A stretch of DNA of 63,987 bases, filler included, from Octopus bimaculoides (lineage: Eukaryota): NCBI RefSeq assembly GCF_001194135.2. It is 6 parts of 5 records of this genome, joined end to end, with 100 filler letters (N's around TTAATTAATTAA, not from the genome) between each part and the next. Parts side by side here need not be neighbours in the genome. Positions count along the whole stretch, not along the records: positions 41,435 to 56,013 come from NC_069006.1; positions 56,114 to 61,741 come from NC_068988.1; positions 61,842 to 62,881 come from NC_068983.1; positions 62,982 to 63,987 come from NW_026407661.1; 2 more parts are not named here. One strand, given 5' to 3'. Position numbers and translations under genes: made by a program. The notes beneath the pieces were generated by a model. That model saw only the letters and a program-made list of their open reading frames with translations, did no database searches and was not told the DNA's origin. This document shows, piece after piece, positions 51,732-63,987 of the stretch (its first letter is position 1; the number at the start of each line of letters is the position of its first letter).

Positions 51732-53839
51732 TAATATACACGTTCGTAGCAACAAGAAATCTACTTGAAACATAAGTACACACACACACACTCGCATATA
51801 TATATATATACATACATACACACGCACACACATGCATATATACATCCATATACATATGAGTGTATACGTATATAATATATAAACACACACACACATATAT
51901 ATATACATATACACATACATGCATACTCTCTCTTTCTCGCACGTGCACACATGCACACTTTTTTTTTTTCTAATTAACTTTTCCATGCTCTATGTATTAA
52001 ATATGTCCACACCAACTTATCTACATATACACATAATGAAGTGTGCGTAGATAACTACATTATCTAATAAAATTTGTAAAAGAAGAAGGGACGGCCCTTC
52101 CCTCACAATGTCAAAACTCACCTCTCCTCACTTCACACGAGCTTATCTTCCTTTGCAAATATTTATTAACTAGGTTTTTCTTTTAGCATTTGCTTTCATT
52201 TCTTTCTTAGTATTTTTCCCTCTGACGTAAACCATCATCGCTCAGTTTCCTCGCACCTTAGTGTAATTTGGTTCGGCTTCACTTTATCTAATATGTTGTC
52301 CAGATTAATGGTGTATCATGTAGCTGTGATATAATTATTACACTGCGTAGATTAATAAGGGTATTACGTAGGGAAGCTAGGGCCTCAGAGAGAAGAATTT
52401 GGCAAGGAGGCCCAAGGCTGCTTTCAAGGCCCTCTTTCTCCTCAGCAAGGGGAATCCTTACGAAACTCAAGGAATGTGTGTTGAGTTTTTTGTTTTTTAA
52501 GGAGAGGGCTCAATAGATAGCTACAAGCCTGCCTCTGGTCCTCCAGACCCCCCTCTCCCCACCCATGAACCCCAACCACCCCATTTTATAAGCTCTTAGA
52601 CCAGCAATACCCCAATCTCTCGCCAACACAAATCTGTAATCTACTGTGACCCCCCCCCCTCTTTCTCTTCTCCCCCCTCCATTTTTCACTTTGGTTTTCA
52701 ACAACAAATAGTATTTCAGAAATTTAATAAAATTAACATTTGACAAGATATAATTTTTTTAGTTTTTTACTTGTTTGTGGCCAGCTGGAGCACCACATTG
52801 AAAGGTTTAGTTGAACAAAGCCATGCCAGTCCTTTTTTTGTTGTTTTTGTTCTAAGCCTGATACTTTTTCTATCAGTCTCTTTTTGCTGAATTGCTAAGT
52901 TATGGGGATGTAAACAAACCAACACCAGTTATGGGGGATAAACACAAAAATACACATATGACAGGCTTCTTTCAGTTTCCCTTTACCAAAATTCATTCAC
53001 AAGGCTTTTTAAATGTTGTCCAGGGGCTATAGAAGACATTGGCCCAAAATACCACACAGTGGGACTGAACCCGGACCCATGTAGTTGGGAATCAAACTTC
53101 ATACCACATAGCCATGGCTTGCTCAGTTTTTCTTATAGTAAATGGTGTACTGTGGACCTCATTATGCCCCATATACTTTATTATTATATAAGGAAATAGT
53201 TAGGAGCATTATTTTTATATCTCATCACATTTTAAAAGTAAAAGATTTTGTCTTCGTGACCCCTTTTCAGAATTATATTGCAGCTTGTTGGTTGGGAACT
53301 GCTATTGTGGAGAGTAGGTCTGTGGCACACATTCTTTTCTACTCTAGGCACAAGGCCCGAAATTTTGGGGGAGCAGGGGCCAGTTGATTAGATCAACCCG
53401 AATACGCAACTGGTACTTAATTTATCGACCCCAAAAGGATGAAAGGCAAAGTCAACCTCGGCAGAATTTGAGCTTCTGTGGCACACATATTACCATACCA
53501 GATAAACTGTTTTACAGTTTGTAGGGTCTTATTTTTCTTGAGTTTTGTTTTTAGGGTAAATAACTATGTGCTGAAAGTGCTTCTGTAATCCATCTTCAAA
53601 TGTAGGAGTCAATGTCTCATAAGGCAGTGAAGTAAATTTATAGGTGTTTTGGCCCCTTCCATCATGACACCGGAACTGCCCAGTGCCACCCACCAATCTA
53701 GGGTGCTAAAATTAATTCCAAGTAATGCCCATTCTAGGCTCGACTGGACCAGCTATAACACTCACTCCATTTCAGAATATGTCCCCTTGTGCCAGTGGGA
53801 GGAACCTCTAATATATTTTGTAGCAATGTGTATTGTAAC

Positions 53840-54250
53840 GTTAATTTAATAAAACATTCTGTTGAATGGTGTGTATATCATAACACTAGTGAACAGAGTG
53901 TATCTAAAATAGCACTGTTGAACAGTGTGTATATAACAGCACTTTTGAACAGTATATATAATAATAGTGTTGAATGGTCTGTGTATAATTGTGTTGTTGA
54001 ATAATATGTATATAATAGCACTGTTGAACAGTGTGTGAACAGGATTACTGTTGAACACTGTTGAATAGTATGTATATAATAGTACTATAGTACAGTGTGT
54101 AGATAACACTGAATACTTACTGTTGATGATAAATGCTCATAAACAATGTGTAGTTAATAACATTAGTGAACGGTGTGGTTAATAACATTGGTATACAAAA
54201 GGTGTAACTAACATTAGTGAACAATGTGTAGCTAATAACATTAGTGAATG
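53840..54250. repeat. Degenerate minisatellite, unit about 27 bp
   Basis: Units such as GAACAGTGTGTATATAATAGCACTGTT repeated with drift. Confidence 0.75.
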
Positions 54251-54336
54251 CCATGAATGCAGATATTTCACTGAGAATGTAATGTAAAATATAGCTCAGT
54301 GTGTAATTTCTCTCTCTTTCACTGTCTGTCCATGTT

Positions 54337-54380
<44 letters not shown>

Positions 54381-55139
54381 CCATCTCCTTCCCTGCCAGA
54401 AACTGGTGCCAAGTTTATTATTAAAACAACAGTGAAGAGGGGGGGCAAGCTATCATCTTTAGTTGATATCTAAACATTGCAGAGGAAACATCTGTTTGAT
54501 GTTCTGTCTAATCAGCTCTCCTGAGAACAGGTTGGCGGTGTGGTGAAGTGTGTGTCTGTTGTGTGGAACGGTGTGGTGGCGCTGAGCACTGCTGCAACAG
54601 TCATAGGTTCTAACTTCGTCTGGTGGATTCACCAAAGAGCATCAGACAAAATGCCAACGGTGTTTATTTATATTTAGCTCTTTACGTTCTGAGTTCAAAT
54701 CTGACTGCGATCAAGTTTTGCCTTTTCACCTGTCGAAAGCCAAGAAAATAAAATACTCATTAAGTATTAGTTATTGGTATTAATATTCCTTTAAAGGAAT
54801 ATTATTTCTTATTTTGTTTTTCCTGTATTATTATTATTATTATTATTACTACTATTTTTCTCAGAGCTCTCCTTCTTACTTGGTTTAATTGATAATTCTA
54901 ATGCTATTAATCTGAGTAACTTCTAAAAGCTAGGTTAGGGTTTAGTAGCCTTCATGCCTTTGGTTGTGAAAGACAGCTTAGTCTTCCCCAGCTCTGTTGA
55001 TGAAGATTATTATTAAAATATTTCAGCCTATAGTGTTGAGATATTCAGCACTCCCTGTCATCATCATCATCCTGATGTTTGGGTTGGATGGAGTTTGAGG
55101 CTGATCTTGTCTACAAAGCTGGATACCTTTCCTGTTATT

Positions 55140-55350
55140 TCTTCATTGCCCACAAGGGGCTAAACATAGAGGGGACAAACAAGGACAGACAAAGGGATTA
55201 AGTCGATTACATCGACCCCAGTGCGTAACTGGTACTTAATTCATCGACCCCGAAAGGATGACAGGCAAAGTCGACCTCGGCGGAATTTGAACTCAGAACG
55301 TAGCGGCAGACAAAATACCGCTAAGCATTTCGTCCGGCGTGCTAACCTTT
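55140..55350 (-). mobile_element. SINE family C, full length
   Basis: Reverse complement of 47558-47790. Confidence 0.85.
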
Positions 55351-56962
55351 CCTGTTGCCAACCCTCGTCATCTGTTTCCAAATAAGGTAATATCTTCCCC
55401 CACCCCCAGGCCAAAGCTGTTCCCCTAGAATACTGGGAATGAAGGACACTGCTTATACAACAGTGACATTCATTTACAACCATACGCACACACACACACA
55501 TATATATGACAGGCTTCTTTCAGTTTCCATCTACCAAATCCACTCATAGCACTTTGGTCAACCTGGGGCTATAGTAGAAGACACTTGCTCAAGGTACCAC
55601 ACACCCATGCTTACAATTTGTATTAACTAAAAATAACTGGTAGGCCAGAGAGATAAGTCAATGTTGACATATATTAAGTACAGAGCACATTAACAGATAG
55701 ATAGTGTTTACTTATTAATATCAGTATGTATGTGTGTGTGTGTGTGTGTATAACAAAGAGGACATGGAGTATGTTAATTAAATCTAATTGTGGTGTGACT
55801 AATTGAGAAACAGACATACAGATAGTTAATTTGTTAGTGTATGTATGTATGTGGTAAGTAGCTTGCTTACCAACCACATAGTTCTGGGTTCAGTCCCACT
55901 GCGTGGCACCTTGGGCAAGTATCTTCTACTATAGCCTCGGGCTGACCAAAGCCTTGAGAGTGGATTTGGTAGACGGAAACTGAAAGAAGCCCGTTGTATA
56001 TATGTATATATATNNNNNNNNNNNNNNNNNNNNNNNNNNNNNNNNNNNNNNNNNNNNTTAATTAATTAANNNNNNNNNNNNNNNNNNNNNNNNNNNNNNN
56101 NNNNNNNNNNNNNGTACTGGGTTCGATCTAATCGACTGGCCCCATGCTCCAAAATTTCGGTCCTTGTGCCTAGAGTAGAAAAGAACATTTCTCCCTTATT
56201 CACTCCCATCCTAACTTGATTACTAAAAACTTGGTTAAAGAAAAAAAAAAAAAAAAAAGAATTTTTAAAATTGCTTTACGTATTTAAGAGACCATTCTTT
56301 TCTACTCTAGACACAAGGTCCGAAATTTCTGGGGAGTGGTGCCAGTCCATTAGATCGACCCCAGTACGCAATTGGTACTTAATTCATCGACTCCGAAAGG
56401 ATGAAAGGCAGAGTCTACCTCGGGGTCGATAAGTTAAGTACCAGTAAAACACTGGGGACGATGTAATCGATTATCCCACTCGCCCAAATTTCAGGCCTTG
56501 TACCTATAGTAAAAAGGATTGTGTTTGCACAACCTTTTCTGTAACTCTGTCTAAATTTACATAAAAATCTATGTCAATTCTCCAACATTAGAGATGGATA
56601 GATTCATTACAAGTCTTCACTACGTAATAAATAGCGATGGTGTGGAGGGGATGTGCGTCGAGTGGACCCCTTCAAGGCTTATACCCATTACTCTAGTATA
56701 GCCTTTAGTTCAATGAGTAGAACCAGTAACAGAATATACATACTTGAGTATATATATGTGTGTATGTGTGTATGTATTGTGTGTTGTGTTGTTGTTGTTG
56801 TTGTGTGAGCGTTAACTTTGCATAGCACCTGTCTGTTAAACGGCCTAAAATGGATTTCTGGTAGTGTTAGAGTAAAGCACTTGAAGGCGGCAACCCGGAG
56901 TTGGGTGCAGCGGTGTAGCTGGACTCAATAACTGACTATACATACATGTGCGTATATGTGCG

Positions 56963-56995
<33 letters not shown>

Positions 56996-58080
56996 TTAGT
57001 TTACTCAGCACCTGCTTGTTAAAACGGCCTGAGATGGATGTTTTAGTCTACATCCGATTACTGTCCTCGCATGTGTTCCTTTGACATTTATGTCAGAACT
57101 AAGGAAACAGCTGTATCTTATTCTGAGTTCCTTTCATGTTGAAGGGCTTCTTGGCAGAACACCTCNNNNNNNNNNNNNNNNNNNNNNNNNNNNNNNNNNN
57201 NNNNNNNNNNNNNNNNNNNNNNNNNNNNNNNNNNNNNNNNNNNNNNNNNNNNNNNNNNNNNNNNNNNNNNNNNNNNNNNNNNNNNNNNNNNNNNNNNNNN
57301 NNNNNNNNNNNNNNNNNNNNNNNNNNNNNNNNNNNNNNNNNNNNNNNNNNNNNNNNNNNNNNNNNNNNNNNNNNNNNNNNNNNNNNNNNNNNNNNNNNNN
57401 NNNNNNNNNNNNNNNNNNNNNNNNNNNNNNNNNNNNNNNNNNNNNNNNNNNNNNNNNNNNNNNNNNNNNNNNNNNNNNNNNNNNNNNNNNNNNNNNNNNN
57501 NNNNNNNNNNNNNNNNNNNNNNNNNNNNNNNNNNNNNNNNNNNNNNNNNNNNNNNNNNNNNNNNNNNNNNNNNNNNNNNNNNNNNNNNNNNNNNNNNNNN
57601 NNNNNNNNNNNNNNNNNNNNNNNNNNNNNNNNNNNNNNNNNNNNNNNNNNNNNNNNNNNNTGATGGTTTTGAGTGCGCTACTTCAGGACTGTTGCTTGGC
57701 TTTTTGTCATCTTCAAAAGAAACAAAAGAAACGAAATATAACTCCCTCACGCACGGGCCGAGGGTTCGAACCTTGTTTTCGATCCTTGTTTTAAAATGTA
57801 GCGTAGCATATTGCATAGTGCAGAAGAGATTGGAGATGGAAAGAACAGAGAGAAAGAGAGAGTGGGGGGGAAGAGAGAGTGAGAGAGAACGAGAGAGAGA
57901 GAGAGAGAATGCAAGAATGTAGGTGAAAGAGAGGAAGAAAGTAAAGCGAGAGAGAAAAAGAGTGTGTGTGGTGTGAGGAGCGTGGGTGTTTATGTACATT
58001 CTTTTATTCTTTTATTCTTTTACTTGTTTTATTCATTTGACTGCGGCCATGCTGGAGCACCGCCTTTTAGTCGAAGAATT

Positions 58081-58998
58081 CAACCAGGAATTCAATCCAG
58101 GAAGAATTCAATCCAGGAATAAGATATCACCCAAATACCTGATGCACAAAAGGGGCAAAGATGCAGGGAAAAGAGCAAAATATGATCACCGATACAGCAT
58201 TTGTGGAGTTAACCCCGAAGATATCACTCCCATCATAAGCAGTTGTCCGAAAATGTCATGACAGTATTATCTACCGATGAGACATGATGTTTTCGCTAGG
58301 ACACTCTATAATGAGATCAGTAGAAAGGATAACCCCAAAGACAAAGAAATAAAAACTACAATATGGTGGAAGTCATAGTCACTCATAATCAGAAGGAGTA
58401 TTTGTGGAATGTTCCAGTGAAAGCCTCAATGAAATGTAAATACAATAGACCTGGTATAATGATTTGGGTTAGAGAAGAGAAATTGCGTACAGTTGTGGAA
58501 ATCAGTCGCACAACGGATGTAAATATAAAGCTAAACTTCAGCGAAAAGGAGAATTCCTACGCTGAACTGTTTAGATATTTTACAGTTACTCTATCCAGAT
58601 TACAAGTTCAGGTTTATAACTGTAATTATTGGGGCCCTAGGATATGTAACATAGTGCCTAAATACTAATCATGAGAAATTAATCTTTTCAAAACCAGGAA
58701 GGAGAAAACTGATTCGAAGACTATAGATCCAATCCATCACTGGAGATGTAAAAATCTATAAAACTTTCCAGAAGTTTATCATTTAAATATATATGAGCAT
58801 GTCTAGACATGCAACTATGTGCATGAGAAGACATGCATAAAACAAATCATGCAAATTTGCACGTATACATGCATGCTTGCCTATTTACAAAGATACCCTG
58901 TTGATGTTATTGAAATTGCAAAAAACGAGCCTTGGATCTAGGTTAGAAACCGGCTCTTTCTCTATTGGCAAGAAATCTTGAAATAAAGCTGGATAATG
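58081..58998 (+). mobile_element. Degenerate R4-clade retrotransposon, family 2, ending in (ACAT)n
   Basis: Colinear with 25017-25890 (IISSCPKMS*QYYLPMRHD..., same 3' UTR), with stops and frameshifts; immediately followed by ACATACATACAT. Confidence 0.85.
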
Positions 58999-59553
58999 AC
59001 ATACATACATACATACATATATCGATACGTAAGGGTAAAGAAAACCCAGGGAACTGACTATAGGAAGTTTGTAAGTTTCAAGCAGTCCGTGACGGGTACA
59101 GAAAACAAAAACTGGGTTGTGTACAATCAGGAAAAATAACAGTAACGAAGTTTCCGTATAGTCTACGGTTAGAAAATAGAATTACCACAAATGCGAAAAA
59201 AAAATACAAATTGAGGGAATGGAAAGAGAGAGGTGGAGAGGAGGGAGGGTGGAGTGCCAGAAGACAGGTTGAGACGACCAGAAACCAACTGCACTTTAGG
59301 TTGGTTTATCCTTTTGTATACGATTTTTCCCTTCTCCTAGGAGGGGTTTCTAACAAGAACCAGGGATTCTTTATTTCCGGTAGTTCGCATGCTGGTTAAC
59401 CTATAGCTGAGGCACTAACGGGTGCTACTACTCTGGGTCAGACTAGATCTGGGAACAATACAGGCTGAGAGGTGTTCCCAAAACTCCTCAAAACCCTAGA
59501 ACTCCCGAATCAGAGCTTCGCGACTGCATGCCGTTTAAAGTCATAACCTGGAC

Positions 59554-59596
<43 letters not shown>

Positions 59597-60051
59597 NNNN
59601 NNNNNNNNNNNNNNNNNNNNNNNNNNNNNNNNNNNNNNNNNNNNNNNNNNNNNNNNNNNNNNNNNNNNNNNNNNNNNNNNNNNNNNNNNNNNNNNNNNNN
59701 NNNNNNNNNNNNNNNNNNNNNNNNNNNNNNNNNNNNNNNNNNNNNNNNNNNNNNNNNNNNNNNNNNNNNNNNNNNNNNNNNNNNNNNNNNNNNNNNNNNN
59801 NNNNNNNNNNNNNNNNNNNNNNNNNNNNNNNNNNNNNNNNNNNNNNNNNNNNNNNNNNNNNNNNNNNNNNNNNNNNNNNNNNNNNNNNNNNNNNNNNNNN
59901 NNNNNNNNNNNNNNNNNNNNNNNNNNNNNNNNNNNNNNCATCATCATCATCATCAGTAGCAGTAGTAGAAGCAGCAGCAGCAGCTTTGATTTTAGCAGTA
60001 ACAACAATCATAGGAATATCGTCATCTTCATCACCATCATCATCTTCATTA

Positions 60052-60099
<48 letters not shown>

Positions 60100-60160
60100 C
60101 TCTTCGCTTTCCTTCTTTCTCTCCTCTCCTCAAGTTTTACCACTCTGCAAATGCTTAAAA

Positions 60161-60750
60161 ATGTCTAGCACACACATGCACACGCACATGCACACACACA
60201 CACACACACACACATACACACACACGTTCACACACACACACACACACGCGCACACACACGTTCACACACATACATTCGTTCCACCCTACAAACCAACCTA
60301 TCTACTCTCACATACACACACACACATAGTGCACACGCTCACACGTCCTATACACACATACACATACATACACACACTCACATCCTACACACATACACAC
60401 ACGCATACATACACACATACTACACGCACGCACGCGTCCTATATTCAAATGCACACACATGCACACGCACTCACACACACACGTCCTACACACACATACA
60501 CACTCATACTACACACGCTCACACTTCCAGCACACACATACACACACACATAGTGCACACGCTCACACGTCCTATACACACATACACGTGCATACACACA
60601 CTCACGTCCTACACAAACATACACACACATACAAGACATACATACTACACACACACTCTCACATCCTATACACACATGCTCACACATACACACACACACA
60701 TACACACACACACACACACACATACACACACATACACACACGTACACACC
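60161..60750. repeat. Degenerate (CA)n/(CATA)n array with an internal duplication
   Basis: CACACATAGTGCACACGCTCACACGTCCTATACACACATACAC occurs at about 60322 and about 60546. Confidence 0.85.
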
Positions 60751-60869
60751 AATCAATATTGATCGAGAGCGAATTCCTTTGTTTGTCTGTGAATGTTCCT
60801 TGCTGCGCAAACATTACGCCTGCATGAATCGTATTCATTAAGTCGATGTACATACAACATATAAAGCGC

Positions 60870-61335
60870 AGGACAACAACAGCAACAACAACAACAACAA
60901 CAACTACAACTGCTACAACAATAGCAACAACTACAACAACAATTAATACAATAGCAACAACAACTAGTACAATAGCAGCAACTACAACAACAACAATGCC
61001 GGACGAAAGACCAGCAACAGCGGCAAAGAGAAACAACTGCGTTAATAATAATCACAACAACATGCAATATTCATTCAACAGGCAGAACAGAAATGTTGCT
61101 AGCAACATCAGCAATAGCAACAGGATGCAACGGGGGATAGCAACAGGGATAAGCAAACCGGGAACAAGTGCAGAGATTGCGACGAATAGAAACAGCAAAG
61201 GAGTGGAGGGTGGTGAGGAAACAAGGATGAGGGATAGCAGTAACGCTTCGTGATGATGGTGGTGATGATGATGATGATGATGATGATGACGATGACGATG
61301 ACGATGACGATGATGACGATGACGATGATGACGGC
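60870..61335. repeat. (CAA)n/(CAG) and (GAT)/(GAC)n low-complexity arrays
   Basis: Direct reading; explains the poly-T/V/H ORFs. Confidence 0.8.
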
Positions 61336-61695
61336 GAGTATTTCTAAGGAGACTGAGAAAAGGCAACAATCATTTTAAAGGTGAACAGGTTGGCTGAAAA
61401 CAATGGAATCCAAACCACACACACACACACACACACACACACCAGAGCTCACTGATACATAATACATAATACATAGCGAACATTCTAGAAGACGGTAGTG
61501 GAAGTAATGGTGGTTGCGACGACGCAGATTTAAACATAATTGCAGTGTTGTTACAACAGAGTTTTGGGAGTAGCATGTATTATATAAATGTATGTAAATA
61601 GTGGTGACGTACACGCCCACGAAACTTTAAGTCATGTGACGTTCAGCTACACTGATATTAAATATATATGTACAATGTCTGCGTATATACATGCA

Positions 61696-61741
<46 letters not shown>

Positions 61742-61887
61742 NNNNNNNNNNNNNNNNNNNNNNNNNNNNNNNNNNNNNNNNNNNNTTAATTAATTAANNN
61801 NNNNNNNNNNNNNNNNNNNNNNNNNNNNNNNNNNNNNNNNNTACAAATGCAAAACAAAAGTCAAACATAAAATAATAATAATAATAA

Positions 61888-62180
61888 TACCTAGCTCAGA
61901 TACCAGGAAACCCCAAAATGGCTGAAGTTCAAAAGATAGTGCTCATGGGAACTGTCCATATCCTACGTAAAATACTGTCTATGTGATTTCAAATTTTGAA
62001 ACAAACACAATTTTCTTATGGTTTCTTAAACATTCTCTAGAACAACACTATGTACAAATATAAATATATGGTACCCTAGGCATAACACCTACATGAACTT
62101 CTAACTTGTTGTCTCTTGAGGTCTCTGGGTGAGACTTGGATCCAACTTGGACAAATGCAAAACAAAAGTCAAACATGAAA
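61888..62180 (+). mobile_element. 5'-truncated R4/Dong-clade retrotransposon (family 1) inside (TAA)n
   Basis: YLAQIPGNPKMAEVQKIVLMGTVHILRKILSM* is a typical RLE-ORF C-terminus. Flanked by (TAA)n on both sides; a second copy's 3' tail (TACAAATGCAAAACAAAAGTCAAACAT) lies just upstream. Confidence 0.75.
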
Positions 62181-62585
62181 TAATAATAGTAATAATAATA
62201 ATAAATAAGTAGAAGAAAGTTTGAAACACGAAAGCTTCTTGCCATGTTGAGATGTGCTTTTTCCTCGTCGGTGCTGTTTGTCATTACTGAAAGAATTTCT
62301 CGATTTATATTGTGTAGAAGCACACAACAATGACACAGGGTTTTGTGTCATAATAATAGTTGTATTATTATTATTATTATTATTATTAATGGTGGTAAAT
62401 ATTGGCTAAAAGGTCTGATGGTAATGTATGTAAAGACAGGTATGAAGGTAGGTAGGTAGGTAGGTAGGGAGGGAGGCGGGTAGGTTAAACTAATTCACAA
62501 AATAGCAGAGTGTGTGCTTGTGACATACAGCAAACATGTTTGGTATGTAAACTTTTACCTTTTGTCCACAGTTTATACTCATGGT

Positions 62586-62652
<67 letters not shown>

Positions 62653-63987
62653 GGTATACACAAACACATGCACATACACACACACACCACACAAGGGAAG
62701 AGAAGGGGAGGACAGACGGGTCACAGACAGACAGACAGACAGATACTGGGAATAAACTGATTTGTAATAGTATGGAATTGTTTCATTAAATTAGTGAGTC
62801 CAACAAAAGACGTTTTGTTTCGTTTTTTAGGAAGATCCGCTATTTTAAACACTCACACACACACGCACGCACGCGTTTTAANNNNNNNNNNNNNNNNNNN
62901 NNNNNNNNNNNNNNNNNNNNNNNNNTTAATTAATTAANNNNNNNNNNNNNNNNNNNNNNNNNNNNNNNNNNNNNNNNNNNNATAAAATGTATTTGCATGA
63001 AATAAAATAACAGGAGACATAACTCGTTGTTTACAAATATTTTTTTCAACTCAAAGTACAAGGCCCGAAATTTTTAGGGAGAAGGCCAGTCGATTAGATC
63101 GACCCTAGTATGCAACTGGTATTTATATTGGTAAATTTTCATGTTAACACCCGCATGAGATAATAGTTTCAGTATTAAAGTGAAAATATCTGACATTACA
63201 ATAGAAAGATGTTATTGTTTCACTTTTGGCACGTAATACTGAAATAGTCGGGTGGGGGGATATGATATTGTTGTGGACTCACACTAGGCAAGAAGTAAAA
63301 AATGTTTTTGGGCCTATGACACATGGACCCTAAGTAAAGCATGTGTAAAATTTGAATGAAATTGGTTGTGTATGATGATGATGGTGATGGCATGCGTAGA
63401 GCAACTGAAGTCAACATCTCTGAAGATGGTCAGGGGAAAGGCAGAAAGACATTATCCTTGTCTCCAAGCACAGAAAAAACAAATGGACTAAAAATTATGA
63501 CTAACTATGGCAACAAAATACAAAAGGCGAGAAATTAAAAGCAAATCAATATTGATTAGGAAACAGTCAGCTCAGAGAGTCGATTGTGTCATTTGGAATA
63601 CAAATCTCAACTGAAAGTAAGGTAGCATATTCAATTATGCATCGCTGATTGTTTGCTTACCTCGTTAATGGCTGTCCTTTGAATGATGTCACAGCCATCT
63701 TTTCTCTTTCATTCAGGAACATTTGATGGATGTACACACACACACAAGCGCGTGTGCGCACACACCCACACAAGCACATACACACACTCATACAAGTGCA
63801 CGCACACAAGCAAACACACTCACATTCACACACATACAAGCATGCACACATGCATACACACTCACACAGATACAAGCATGCACACATGCATACACACACA
63901 CACACACATACAAGCATGCACACATGCATACACACACAAGCACACACATACATACAGACACACAAACGTGTACACACAACACACACA

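Noticed and set aside
54400-54473. Possible plus-strand terminal exon (TGAKFIIKTTVKRGGKLSSLVDI*) after a (CT)n tract
   Set aside because: The acceptor is created by a microsatellite, the peptide is unrecognised, and no phase-compatible partner exons were found.

Overview
AT-rich, repeat-dense animal genomic DNA, most consistent with an octopus/cephalopod scaffold (inferred from the tRNA-derived SINE families and the very high microsatellite load). It has many N gaps, five of which carry an artificial TTAATTAATTAA spacer. Two protein-coding loci are supported. (1) A minus-strand VWA7-like gene that the ORF track largely misses: eight exons between 769 and 16523 splice with matching GT-AG sites and phases into one open frame of about 390 aa (Cys cluster, LTSGY, KCSHGG..GGINKD, VWA domain with DSTGS/GGDCEE/FTDA, RRRR site). 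It continues off the left edge, and I could not find its 5' exons. (2) A single-exon plus-strand RING + coiled-coil TRIM-like ORF (35101-37002) that lacks B-boxes. The rest is mobile-element debris: a mariner 5' half with its TIR, RTE LINE fragments, two lineages of R4/Dong-type non-LTR retrotransposons sitting in different microsatellites ((TAA)n and (ACAT)n), Penelope-type minimal hammerhead ribozyme motifs with a variant CCGA core, Helitron-like elements, at least four SINE families, and a 2-kb TTCG/TACG satellite. No clearly new multi-gene system is demonstrable. The best leads are the variant hammerheads, the (ACAT)n-associated retrotransposon, the B-box-less TRIM, and a candidate structure-gated poison exon in the VWA7-like gene. 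Repeat boundaries are approximate; exon boundaries were read base by base.
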